The position numbers and the translations under genes were made by a program. The notes below the pieces were generated by a model that made no database searches, was not told the DNA's origin, and saw nothing but the letters and a program-made list of their open reading frames with translations. A DNA stretch of 64,000 nt from Phycisphaerales bacterium (lineage in GTDB: Bacteria > Planctomycetota > Phycisphaerae > Phycisphaerales > SM1A02): positions 118,562 through 182,561 of the forward strand of contig SIAD01000002.1 in the NCBI GenBank assembly GCA_009691915.1, given 5' to 3'. Within the stretch, counting starts at the first letter, position 1, and each line of letters starts with the position of its first letter. Of this stretch, positions 48,012 through 56,689 are shown one piece after another.

Positions 48012-50461
48012 CGGGCGTCGTCTTCGCGCGGCGGCTCGAAGTCGATCGCACATAACACGGTGATCTGCTGGGCGATGCTCGTCCCTCGATTGAGGCGGAT
48101 CACGGCGATCGGCGCGATCGAGCGGAATTGGCCCGCGAGTGCGCGCTCGGCCGCCGCGGCGTCGGCGGCCGATGCGAACACCAGCGCATCAAACCCCTGA
48201 AGCGACTGCGGATCAGTCATCCACTTGAACTGCCGCGGATCCTCGGAGAGGCAGGCGACGGGAATCCCAAGCCCTTCGACTGCCACGGCGAGTTTTCCGG
48301 CGTCTCGCCAGGAAACTCCCGCCAGGAAGAACCGTCCCACTGCCAGCCCCTCGTCGCCGCAGCGCGAAAGCACATCGACATCGAGCGGATGGATTGGTGG
48401 ATCGACCTCGATCTCGCGCGGGGTCCGAGTTACCTTTGGTGGTGTTCGAATCCAGGTGGATGGGCTTGCAGTCGGCGGCGTATAGGCCTCTGTGATCGGC
48501 GCGGGCTCGACTGACGGGAGATCCTCAACGCATGGGTCCGCGATAGTTGCGTCCGTGAACTGTGGCTTCGGCCCTGACGGCACCAAGAACACCGCATTGA
48601 GCGCAATGCGCGTGGCAATCCGCCGCTCGATGTATGTCCGCACACTCCCCCACGGAAGGGCTTCGAGCGTCGCATCCTTCGCCGCAGACGAGAGCGGAAC
48701 TGCACGCGTCAGCCACCCCGACGCAGCCTGAGAGACACCGATGGGAACTATGGTGACGAGCATCACGGTCGAGAAGACAAGCCAGTTGCGCACGAGGGCG
48801 CGCCGGCCCTTCGCGAGTTCATGTGCGGTGGCGACGCCAAGTAGTGGGAAGAGGAAGAGGTACCCGACCGCCGACCAGTGCGGCAGTCCCTTCGGACTCC
48901 ACGCGGAGATCACCAGGAAGAGAACGATAGGGATCCCGCCCATCGAGGCGAAGAACCATGTGGCTTGGTTCGCGCGGCCGACTCTGAGAGCCTTCACCCA
49001 CTCAAAGAGCAGCGGCGCCCAGATCCATGGAAGAATGATCCCGGCCTGCGCTGCAAGGAGCCCGAGCATGCTGAGTGGGTGGAACCCACCTTCGCTCGCG
49101 GCGCGCGCGCCCTGAAAGCGAAGTGATGTCCATCCGTTGTCGGCGTTCCAGATGACAACAGGCATCGCAAGACATACCGCGATCGCGGCACCAACCCATG
49201 CGGGTGGATGCGCGAGTGTGCGCCGCCCCGTCGGGGTCGAGAGCAGAAACGCGAACACCGAAACTCCGACGATCGCCGCCTGATACTTCGAGAGCGCGGC
49301 AATGCCAAGGGCGAATCCGGCACAGAGCCAGGTTGTCCACGGTCCCCATGGAAGGGTCGTGCCCTGAAGTGGTCCGACGACGCCGCCGCGTGCGAGGACG
49401 AGAGCCATGGCGAGTACTGCGGCCATCAGCGGGCCATCGGGGAGTGCCCACCCACCATGAGCCAACGAGAAGAGCGCCGACAGATTCAACACCACGACCG
49501 CCCACGCGCCTGCGGACTGGGAGAACACGAGCGATGCCAGCCGCCACGCGAACCATGAGGTGAGCGCGAAGAGCGCGATGAACGGGAGCCGGATCCAGAT
49601 CGCTTCGACCGGCCCCGTGCCGTTGATGAATAGCCCGAGCCGCGCGAGCCAGTACACCATCGGCGGGTGATCAAAGCCTGAAAGCACGACGGACTTGCAG
49701 GTGGCCACCTCGTATGCCTCGTCGATTCCCAGAGGAAGCCATACTCCGGCAAGGACACGCATCAGCGTCCCGAGGATGATTGCCGTCCAGGCGATCGCGA
49801 CGGGAGTTCGCGGGAGTCCTGTTCCCATGGCGATGGGCACGGTCGACGGGCTCGCTCGCCACCAGATCCACAGAGCGAAGGTGACGCAGAGACCGCCGAT
49901 GGTCCATCCCGCGATCACATCCGTTGGGTAGTGCATTCCGAGGATGACCCGAGTCGCGGCGATGGCGATGCCGAGGAGGAGAATCGGCCACCGCCATGAG
50001 GGGAACCACAGCGCGAGGACCAGCGCTGCAGCTCCCGCCGTTGTGGCGTGTCCGCTGGGAAAACTTGCGCGCACGCTCCCCGTGGCAAACCATTCGAATC
50101 CGAACTGGTCTCCCTCGATAAAGGCCATCGGCCGCCATCGTGCAAAGACCACTTTGAGGAGGTTGGCGATCGCACCGCTTGAGCCCACTGAGACGCCCAG
50201 GAGAAACGCCCAGCGTGCAAGGTTGTCCCGGCCGCTGCGCCACCCCCAGAGGAACAGCACTACTGCGGGGATGACGACCCACTGCCCCTCGCCGAACTCC
50301 GTGAGCACATGGGAAGCGTCGGCGATCGTCCACGAGAGTCCAGCGCCATAGAGCGCCAGTTCCTTGTCGAAGATCGCCATGACTGCCGCCGCGAATGCGG
50401 CGACGGCAGTCCATCGAAGCGACCGCCGCCACTGCGGTCTGGGGGCGGGGTGGCCGATCAA
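48008..50461 (-). CDS. Fusion protein: PAP2 phosphatase + GT-C (family 39/83, ArnT/PMT-like) glycosyltransferase + unassigned ~250-aa C-terminal domain
   Basis: PAP2 motifs KVVFARWRP, PSGH and TRVILGMHYPTD. GT-C signature DEAYEVATCKSVVLSGFDHPPMVYWL plus many TM segments. Start is either TTG 50461 (TTGA overlap with the MFS stop) or ATG 50380. Confidence 0.75.
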   Translation of the reverse strand: MIGHPAPRPQWRRSLRWTAVAAFAAAVMAIFDKELALYGAGLSWTIADASHVLTEFGEGQWVVIPAVVLFLWGWRSGRDNLARWAFLLGVSVGSSGAIANLLKVVFARWRPMAFIEGDQFGFEWFATGSVRASFPSGHATTAGAAALVLALWFPSWRWPILLLGIAIAATRVILGMHYPTDVIAGWTIGGLCVTFALWIWWRASPSTVPIAMGTGLPRTPVAIAWTAIILGTLMRVLAGVWLPLGIDEAYEVATCKSVVLSGFDHPPMVYWLARLGLFINGTGPVEAIWIRLPFIALFALTSWFAWRLASLVFSQSAGAWAVVVLNLSALFSLAHGGWALPDGPLMAAVLAMALVLARGGVVGPLQGTTLPWGPWTTWLCAGFALGIAALSKYQAAIVGVSVFAFLLSTPTGRRTLAHPPAWVGAAIAVCLAMPVVIWNADNGWTSLRFQGARAASEGGFHPLSMLGLLAAQAGIILPWIWAPLLFEWVKALRVGRANQATWFFASMGGIPIVLFLVISAWSPKGLPHWSAVGYLFLFPLLGVATAHELAKGRRALVRNWLVFSTVMLVTIVPIGVSQAASGWLTRAVPLSSAAKDATLEALPWGSVRTYIERRIATRIALNAVFLVPSGPKPQFTDATIADPCVEDLPSVEPAPITEAYTPPTASPSTWIRTPPKVTRTPREIEVDPPIHPLDVDVLSRCGDEGLAVGRFFLAGVSWRDAGKLAVAVEGLGIPVACLSEDPRQFKWMTDPQSLQGFDALVFASAADAAAAERALAGQFRSIAPIAVIRLNRGTSIAQQITVLCAIDFEPPREDDAR

Positions 50462-51711
50462 CGGCGGATGCCCCCGACGAACCAGATCGCACTCGCGACG
50501 AGCATGGCCACTGGCACCGCAGCCATCGCCACAGGCATCCCAGCTCCTGAATCCGAAATCTCGCCAACGAGCCACGGGCTTGGCACATCACCCAGAAGAT
50601 GGATCAGCAGCACGCTCATTCCGATGGCGAGCGGTCGCTGGCTTGCGTCGACGGCGTTGACGATGACGGCATTCACAGGTCCCTGCGTGGCGAACGAGAA
50701 TGTAGAGGCGATCACGAGCCCGGTCACGATGGACCAGTGGCTTGTCGTATACAGCACCGCGCATGCTGCGGGGATCGCCACGAGGAGGCATCCTGAGCAC
50801 AGAAGCAGCGAGCCCCGTCGTCCTCCGCCAAGTGCGCGCGCCGCCCAGCCTCCACCGAGCGTGCCGACGAATCCTGACGCCACGAGAACTCCGCCGAACA
50901 CCGTCGTGGCAGCTGCCGGTGTCCATCCGCGGACCGTCTGCATATAGTTCGGGGTCCACACTGCCAGTGCGCCGAATGCAAAGGTGAACGCGCAATATCC
51001 GGCGACTGCAAAGAGGTAGTCGCGGCTTCTAGCGACTCCGGCAATCGTCGCGCCGATGGATCCGCTCGAGAGCGCACGCTCCGAGGAGGGAAGGTCATGC
51101 TGGCCCCGTGGGACTTCACGCAACTTCAGGCACACGAAGGCGAGCGCAATGCCAGGGATGCCCCCGGCGAAGAAAACTTCGCGCCACCCCCAGTGCGACG
51201 AGATAAGCCCCGCGACGATGTAGGAGAGGGCGGTCCCAACCGGGATCGCGGCATAGAAGATGCTGAGCGCGCCGGGTCGGCTTCGCGGCGGGTAGTGGTC
51301 AGAGAGCAGTGCCGGTCCGACGGTCGAGTACGCGGCCTCGCCGATCCCGACGAGGGCCCGTGCGATGAGAAGTTGCGTGAAGGTCGCGGCGAACCCGCCG
51401 CCCATCGTCGCGACGCTCCAGACGAAGACGCCGATCGCGAGGATGAGAGTCCGGTTCGTCTTGCGCGCGAGGACTCCGAAGACAGGCGACGCCACCATGT
51501 AGACGAGGAGGAACGCGCTCGTGAGGAGACCGATGTCTGCGTCAGTTGCGCCGAATTCTCTCTTGAGCGGATCGACGATTCCTGCAACGAGGTAGCGGTC
51601 GAGGTAGTTGACGAGATTGATCGCTGTCAGCGTGACGAGCGCGATGCGTGCGCTGCGTCCGCTGGCCCCGGAAGGGCCTGCCGACCATGGCCTGACGGCT
51701 TTGACGACCAT
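50458..51711 (-). CDS. MFS transporter (Spinster-like)
   Basis: 12-TM profile with LVNYLDRYLVAGI and the GxxSDHYPPR loop. Confidence 0.85.
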   Translation of the reverse strand: MVVKAVRPWSAGPSGASGRSARIALVTLTAINLVNYLDRYLVAGIVDPLKREFGATDADIGLLTSAFLLVYMVASPVFGVLARKTNRTLILAIGVFVWSVATMGGGFAATFTQLLIARALVGIGEAAYSTVGPALLSDHYPPRSRPGALSIFYAAIPVGTALSYIVAGLISSHWGWREVFFAGGIPGIALAFVCLKLREVPRGQHDLPSSERALSSGSIGATIAGVARSRDYLFAVAGYCAFTFAFGALAVWTPNYMQTVRGWTPAAATTVFGGVLVASGFVGTLGGGWAARALGGGRRGSLLLCSGCLLVAIPAACAVLYTTSHWSIVTGLVIASTFSFATQGPVNAVIVNAVDASQRPLAIGMSVLLIHLLGDVPSPWLVGEISDSGAGMPVAMAAVPVAMLVASAIWFVGGIRR

Positions 51712-51761
51712 GACGCCAATTTGTACCGCAAGCGCGTGCGCGATTGACCAGCGTCAGCGAT

Positions 51762-51796
51762 ACAAAAAACCGCCGCTGGACGAGCCATCGGCGGTT
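51762..51796 (-). terminator. Intrinsic-terminator-like hairpin inside the 5' leader of the MFS gene (candidate attenuator)
   Basis: Minus strand reads AACCGCCG-AUGGCUCGUCCAG-CGGCGGUU-UUUUG. That is an 8-bp GC-rich stem and a 6-U run, 52 nt upstream of ATG 51711. Confidence 0.5.
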
Positions 51797-51975
51797 CCCC
51801 CCATGGATCGTGCGCGCCGATCAGCGGCGACGGCGCGAGACGAGCCCGGCGACCATCAGGAGCGCAATGGCTCCTCGCGCAGGGACGGCGGCACACGGCT
51901 GCCGCTAGGGTTAGAGTATGAATCGTTTCGGCATCGATGCAAGTGCACCGCAGTCATTCCCCCGGAGATTCTCAG

Positions 51976-52809
51976 ATGATCCCACGCTCAGAGTGCGACC
52001 CGACCAAACGAGGTCTTCCCACCGCTACCAGATCCCATTGGCGTGCGATCGCTCTCGTCGGAGTCGCGGTTGGCGTTGGTGGGGCCGCGGCTACGACCCA
52101 GGGGCCGCAGTTCAAGTACTCGGTCCATGACATGGCGCGACCTCAGCCCACCATCGTCACCGTCGGCGAAACCTGCCTCGTCACTCCGCCAAGCGATGCG
52201 ATTGTCCTCTTCGGTGGCACACACCTCGACGCCTGGACGAAGGCGTGGGCTGACTCCCCAGCCCAGTGGAAGGTGGCGGATGGGGTTGCGACGATCGCCC
52301 CGGGCTCCGGCGACATCCAGACGAAGCAGTCCTTTGGCGACTGCCAGTTTCATCTCGAGTGGATGATTCCCAAGGAACTCCGCTGCGAGGGTCAGCACGG
52401 CTGCAACAGCGGCATCTTCTTCCTGTCCCAGTACGAGGTGCAGATTCTCAACTCAAGCGGAAACAAGACCTACGCGGACGGCATGGCCGGATCGCTCTAC
52501 GGTCAGTACCCGCCACTTGTGAATGCCTGCCGGGCCCAGGGTGAGTGGAACAGTTACGACATCGTCTTTCGCGGACCAAGGTTTGACGCGGCTGCCGGCA
52601 CTGTGCGAGCGGCGTCGGTGACCCTGCTCTTCAACGGCGTGCTCGCTCAGGACGATGTCGAGATGCTTGGCGCGACGGCCCACGCGGCACGGGCCAAGTA
52701 CACCGCGCATCCCGAGGCGGGACCGATCCGCATTCAGGACCACGGAGATGCCATAAAGTTCAGGAACATCTGGATCCGTCCGCTGGGGGCTCCACAGATC
52801 GCGGAGTGA
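51976..52809 (+). CDS. DUF1080 (3-keto-disaccharide hydrolase-like) secreted protein
   Basis: Start re-set to MIPRSE, with GGAGA upstream. Motifs GDCQFHLEWM and IKFRNIWIRPL. Confidence 0.8.
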   Translation: MIPRSECDPTKRGLPTATRSHWRAIALVGVAVGVGGAAATTQGPQFKYSVHDMARPQPTIVTVGETCLVTPPSDAIVLFGGTHLDAWTKAWADSPAQWKVADGVATIAPGSGDIQTKQSFGDCQFHLEWMIPKELRCEGQHGCNSGIFFLSQYEVQILNSSGNKTYADGMAGSLYGQYPPLVNACRAQGEWNSYDIVFRGPRFDAAAGTVRAASVTLLFNGVLAQDDVEMLGATAHAARAKYTAHPEAGPIRIQDHGDAIKFRNIWIRPLGAPQIAE

Positions 52810-52824
52810 ACCCCAGGGCGCTCG

Positions 52825-54255
52825 TCACGATCCCAGGTTTGCGTTGTTGCGCAGGTTGTTGGAAGCGTTGAGTGCCGCGACCTTGTAGCACTCGCCGTAG
52901 GTCGGGTAGTTGTAGACATTCGACAGGAAGAAGTCGAGACCGCCCTTGAGTCTCAGCACCGCTTGGCCGACATGGACGAGTTCAGTGGCATTCGAGCCGA
53001 GAATGTGCACGCCCAGCAGCAGGCGCGTGTCGCGGTGAAAGATCAACTTCAGAAAGCCGTCGTTGGTGGACGAGATTTTGCCTCGCGCGATCTCGCTGTA
53101 GCGCGCGATCCCGATCTCGTACGGGACCTTCTCGGCGGTCAACTTCTGCTCGGAAGCCCCTGCGCTTGAGAGTTCGGGGATCGCATAGATCCCGAACGGG
53201 TAGTCGTCGCCCATAGGTGCCACTGGTTCACCAAACATGTGGCAGGCTGCGATCCGTCCCTGCGCCGCGCTGGTGGCGGACAGCGCGGGGAACCCGATGA
53301 GGTCGCCGGCCGCGAAGATCGAAGGCACCTTCGTGCGGTAGCAGTCATCGACCTCGATTCGCCCCCTTGCATCTGCGGCCAATCCGGCGCACTCCAAGTG
53401 GAGGCCCTCCGTGCATCCCTGACGGCCCGCCGAGATGAGCGCGACATCGGCCGCCATCCGTTTGCCGCTGGCCAGTTCGATCACGACGCGCCTCGGGCTC
53501 TCGTCCACGCAGGCGATCTTGGTGACCGTCTCCTGACACCGGAAGATCATGTCGAGGATCCGGAGACTGTGGATCATCTCTTCGATGGTCTCGTGATCCA
53601 TGAACGAGATCGGCCGCTCGGTCCGTTCGACCAGCGTGACCCTTGTTCCAAGCTCGGCGAAGAACGAGGCGTACTCGATCCCGACTACACCGCCCCCGAC
53701 GACAATCATCGTCTTCGGAATCTCGGTGAGCGACGAAACATTGTCACTGGTGATGACCCGTGGATGCTCTTCCTGAGTCTGGTCGGGGCATCCTGCCGGA
53801 ATCACCGGGCGAGTCCCGCAGGCCAGCATGATGAATGAGGTCGTCATGTGCCTGTCACCGGCCGGACTGTCGACGGAAATGGTGTTGGCGTCGACGAACG
53901 AGGCAAATCCGCGCACGATAGTGACATCGTTTCGGGCCAGTTTCTCCCGCACCAATTGCTGCTCTTCGTCGATGACTGACTGGACCCTATCCAGCAGCAT
54001 CGGCATCGTGAGCTTGATCGGATCAGCCCCCGCGGCATGGAGTGCGCGTTGGACTGTGTCGCGCTTGAGCGCGAGGACCGCCTCGCGGAATGTCTTGGAC
54101 GGGAGCGTTCCCAGATGAGTGGAGACTCCACCCAATCCGGTGCGCTTCTCGACAAGTGCGACGCGCCTTCCGAGTTTGGCCGCCTGGATCGCCGCGGATT
54201 GCCCGGCCGGGCCGCTGCCGATCACGATGAGGTCGTACTCGTAGGCCGAAGTCAT
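52825..54255 (-). CDS. sthA: Soluble pyridine nucleotide transhydrogenase (Si-specific)
   Basis: Motif YDLIVIGSGPAGQ. The segment GGVSTHLGTLPSK lacks the redox-active CxxxxC of lipoamide dehydrogenase, as in SthA. Confidence 0.75.
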   Translation of the reverse strand: MTSAYEYDLIVIGSGPAGQSAAIQAAKLGRRVALVEKRTGLGGVSTHLGTLPSKTFREAVLALKRDTVQRALHAAGADPIKLTMPMLLDRVQSVIDEEQQLVREKLARNDVTIVRGFASFVDANTISVDSPAGDRHMTTSFIMLACGTRPVIPAGCPDQTQEEHPRVITSDNVSSLTEIPKTMIVVGGGVVGIEYASFFAELGTRVTLVERTERPISFMDHETIEEMIHSLRILDMIFRCQETVTKIACVDESPRRVVIELASGKRMAADVALISAGRQGCTEGLHLECAGLAADARGRIEVDDCYRTKVPSIFAAGDLIGFPALSATSAAQGRIAACHMFGEPVAPMGDDYPFGIYAIPELSSAGASEQKLTAEKVPYEIGIARYSEIARGKISSTNDGFLKLIFHRDTRLLLGVHILGSNATELVHVGQAVLRLKGGLDFFLSNVYNYPTYGECYKVAALNASNNLRNNANLGS

Positions 54256-54302
54256 TGGGGGGCAGGGTAACGACGACTTCGGATGGGGGTACCGTGTCGT
54301 CG

Positions 54303-54971
54303 ATGGAGTTCGATCCGAAGGAGCATTCAGCCGCCGATCGATATCGACTGCTCATCGGGCTCATCACGCCCAGACCGATCGCCTTGGTCGGCACCTGTGC
54401 GAGTGCTGGTGGCGATCTCAATCTCGCTCCATTCTCGTTCTTCAATGGATGCGGCTCCGACCCGATGACGCTGCTGTTCTGCCCCGCGAACCGCGACGAT
54501 GGAGCCGAGAAGGACTCGTTGAGGAATGCGAAGCCGCCCGACGAAGGGGGGCAGGGGGAGTTCACAGTCAGCCTCTGCTCCGAGGGGATGCTCTTACGCG
54601 CCGTCTCCTGCTCCGAGCACCTCCCCTATGGCGACAGCGAGTTCGTGCTATCCGGGCTCACGCAACGACAGTCCAAGGTAGTTTCGCCGCCGGGCGTGGC
54701 GGAAAGTCCGGCGACATTCGAGTGTCGGACGCTACGCGTGGTACGGCTCAATCCTGGCATCGCCGGGGGCGGCAACATCGTCATCGGTCAAGTCGTCCAC
54801 CTCCATCTTGAGGACGCGATCCTCGACATGCGCGGTCGGATCGACCCCGCGCGGGTACGCTCGGTCGGCCGGATGGGTGCTCTGGACTACTGCGCGACCC
54901 GCCAACTAGCCACGATTCCCTTCGGGCGCACGGCACTCGGAACTCCGGAGCCGTTCGTGAACGACCCCTAG
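54303..54971 (+). CDS. Flavin reductase family protein (FMN-binding split barrel)
   Basis: Motif RLLIGLITPRPIALVGT...NLAPFSFFNG. Start set at MEFDPKEH. Confidence 0.8.
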   Translation: MEFDPKEHSAADRYRLLIGLITPRPIALVGTCASAGGDLNLAPFSFFNGCGSDPMTLLFCPANRDDGAEKDSLRNAKPPDEGGQGEFTVSLCSEGMLLRAVSCSEHLPYGDSEFVLSGLTQRQSKVVSPPGVAESPATFECRTLRVVRLNPGIAGGGNIVIGQVVHLHLEDAILDMRGRIDPARVRSVGRMGALDYCATRQLATIPFGRTALGTPEPFVNDP

Positions 54972-54988
54972 TGTGCTAACTTGACTCT

Positions 54989-55360
54989 GTGGCGAAACAC
55001 ACCAAGAAGACGAGCCGTCGCACGCCCCCCAAAGCAGTGACTCGCGGTGGCTCCAAGGCCGCGCCCATCAAGTCGAAGTCCGCGACGAAAGCGCAGGCGA
55101 AGTCAGTCGTGAAGGCGAAGCGCGCGAAGGCCAAACCGACGCCGCTCCGGGGCAAGAGATTGCGCGTGACTAAGAAAGCGACTGCCGTGCTTCAGAAGTC
55201 GATCATCGAGACCTCTCCGCTGATCTGGTCGACCGACGATGTCGGTCCGACCTTTGACCAGATCCAGGTGGCCGCCTACCACAGGTGGCTGCAGCACGGC
55301 GGAACCGAGAGCCAAAACTGGTCGAGTGCTGAGGACGAACTCAGGCGGTCGACGGAGTGA
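54989..55360 (+). CDS. DUF2934 protein with a lysine/alanine-rich basic N-terminal tail
   Basis: C-terminal IQVAAYHRWLQHGGTESQNWSSAEDEL matches DUF2934. The N-terminal ~70 aa are K/A/R-rich. Confidence 0.7.
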   Translation: MAKHTKKTSRRTPPKAVTRGGSKAAPIKSKSATKAQAKSVVKAKRAKAKPTPLRGKRLRVTKKATAVLQKSIIETSPLIWSTDDVGPTFDQIQVAAYHRWLQHGGTESQNWSSAEDELRRSTE

Positions 55361-56037
55361 CGCACGGCGGCTCGGCGCGTCGAATGGTTCTGGCACTCGC
55401 CGCGGCTGCCACAATGGTCGGGTGTGAGAGCACTGGTTACAGAGGCGGGGGCTACGTGCTCTGCCCGGAGCGTCCCATCGGGATCTTCAATGGGAAGTCG
55501 ACGGAGAATTGGATCGTGTTTCCGGGGACTCCTGGGGACCCCGCAAGTACATGGTCGGTCAAGGATGGTGTTCTCATCTGCGAGGGGACTCCCGCGGGCT
55601 ACATCAAGACGAAGGATTTCTACGAGGACTTCGAACTCTCGCTCGAGTGGCGGTTCGATCCCGCGAAAGGGGCCGGCAATTCCGGGGTCCTCCTTCGGAT
55701 GGAGGGACCCGACCAAATTTGGCCACGATCAATGGAGGCGCAACTTCAGAGCGGTAGCGCTGGGGACATCTGGAACATCGGCGACTTTCCGATGATCACC
55801 GATGCCTCGCGCACCGAGGGGCGGCACACCGCCAAGGCGCACCCAAGCAACGAGAAGCCACTGGGGGAGTGGAATCGATATGACATCCGACTCACGGGTG
55901 AGCAACTTGAGCTGCGCGTCAACGGCGAACTCCAGAATGTCGCCTCGGGGTGCAAGGGCGGAGCAGGACCCATCGGACTTCAGTCCGAGGGGGCGTACAT
56001 CGAGTTTCGGAACATCTGGATCCGACCGATCCGCTAA
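55357..56037 (+). CDS. DUF1080 lipoprotein
   Basis: Lipobox ATMVGC; motifs EDFELSLEWRF and IEFRNIWIRPI. The GTG start overlaps the upstream stop (GTGA). Confidence 0.8.
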   Translation: MTHGGSARRMVLALAAAATMVGCESTGYRGGGYVLCPERPIGIFNGKSTENWIVFPGTPGDPASTWSVKDGVLICEGTPAGYIKTKDFYEDFELSLEWRFDPAKGAGNSGVLLRMEGPDQIWPRSMEAQLQSGSAGDIWNIGDFPMITDASRTEGRHTAKAHPSNEKPLGEWNRYDIRLTGEQLELRVNGELQNVASGCKGGAGPIGLQSEGAYIEFRNIWIRPIR

Positions 56038-56059
56038 CGCCGCGGGCTAGACTGCCCGC

Positions 56060-56689
56060 GTGAGTCCCGTGGTGACAGAGTTTCTGATGACCGTTGTCGC
56101 GCTCTTCGCCATTATGGATCCGCTGGGGAACATTGGAATTCTGATTGCGATCACCGATGGGGACACTCCCCAGTATCGGACGCACCAGGTCTGGCGCGGG
56201 CACCTGTATGCGGGAGTCCTGCTGCTCATCTTCTACTTCGTCGGGGGGCAGATCATGCACTTCTTCGGGATCACCATCGACGCAGTGCGCGTGGCCGGAG
56301 GGTTGATTCTCGTGAAGATCGGGTTCGATCTGCTCTCGATGCGCGAGGAAACGAGGTCGACCCGCGAGGAGCAGTCGGACGACCTGCGTCGGAAGGACTG
56401 CTCCTTCTTCCCTCTGGCGATGCCGCTGGTCGCGGGCCCTGGCGCGCTGACCCTTGTCTTGACGAAGTCCGGCGACGCGAGCCATGCGATCGGCGAAGCG
56501 ATGGTGGGCGACACGGTTGCGATTCTCGTTGCGACGGGGGGGTCGTTGGCGATCCTCTTGAGTACGAGGTGGTTCGTGCGTGTCCTTGGGGTCAGCGGGA
56601 TGGCCGCAGTCAGCAGGGTGATGGGATTCATCCTCGTCTGCATCAGCGTGCAGATGATCATCCTCGGCGTGAAGGGCGTGATGAACTAG
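56060..56689 (+). CDS. MarC family (UPF0056) membrane protein
   Basis: Motif VALFAIMDPLGNIGI; paralog of 16151..16831. Confidence 0.85.
   Translation: MSPVVTEFLMTVVALFAIMDPLGNIGILIAITDGDTPQYRTHQVWRGHLYAGVLLLIFYFVGGQIMHFFGITIDAVRVAGGLILVKIGFDLLSMREETRSTREEQSDDLRRKDCSFFPLAMPLVAGPGALTLVLTKSGDASHAIGEAMVGDTVAILVATGGSLAILLSTRWFVRVLGVSGMAAVSRVMGFILVCISVQMIILGVKGVMN

Noticed and set aside
51893-51912. ACACGG and CUAGGGUU strings on the + strand, reminiscent of the guanidine-I (ykkC) riboswitch.
   Set aside because: The two motifs are in the wrong order and spacing, the other conserved ykkC segments are absent, and the downstream + strand gene is a DUF1080 protein. This is likely a chance match in GC-rich DNA.
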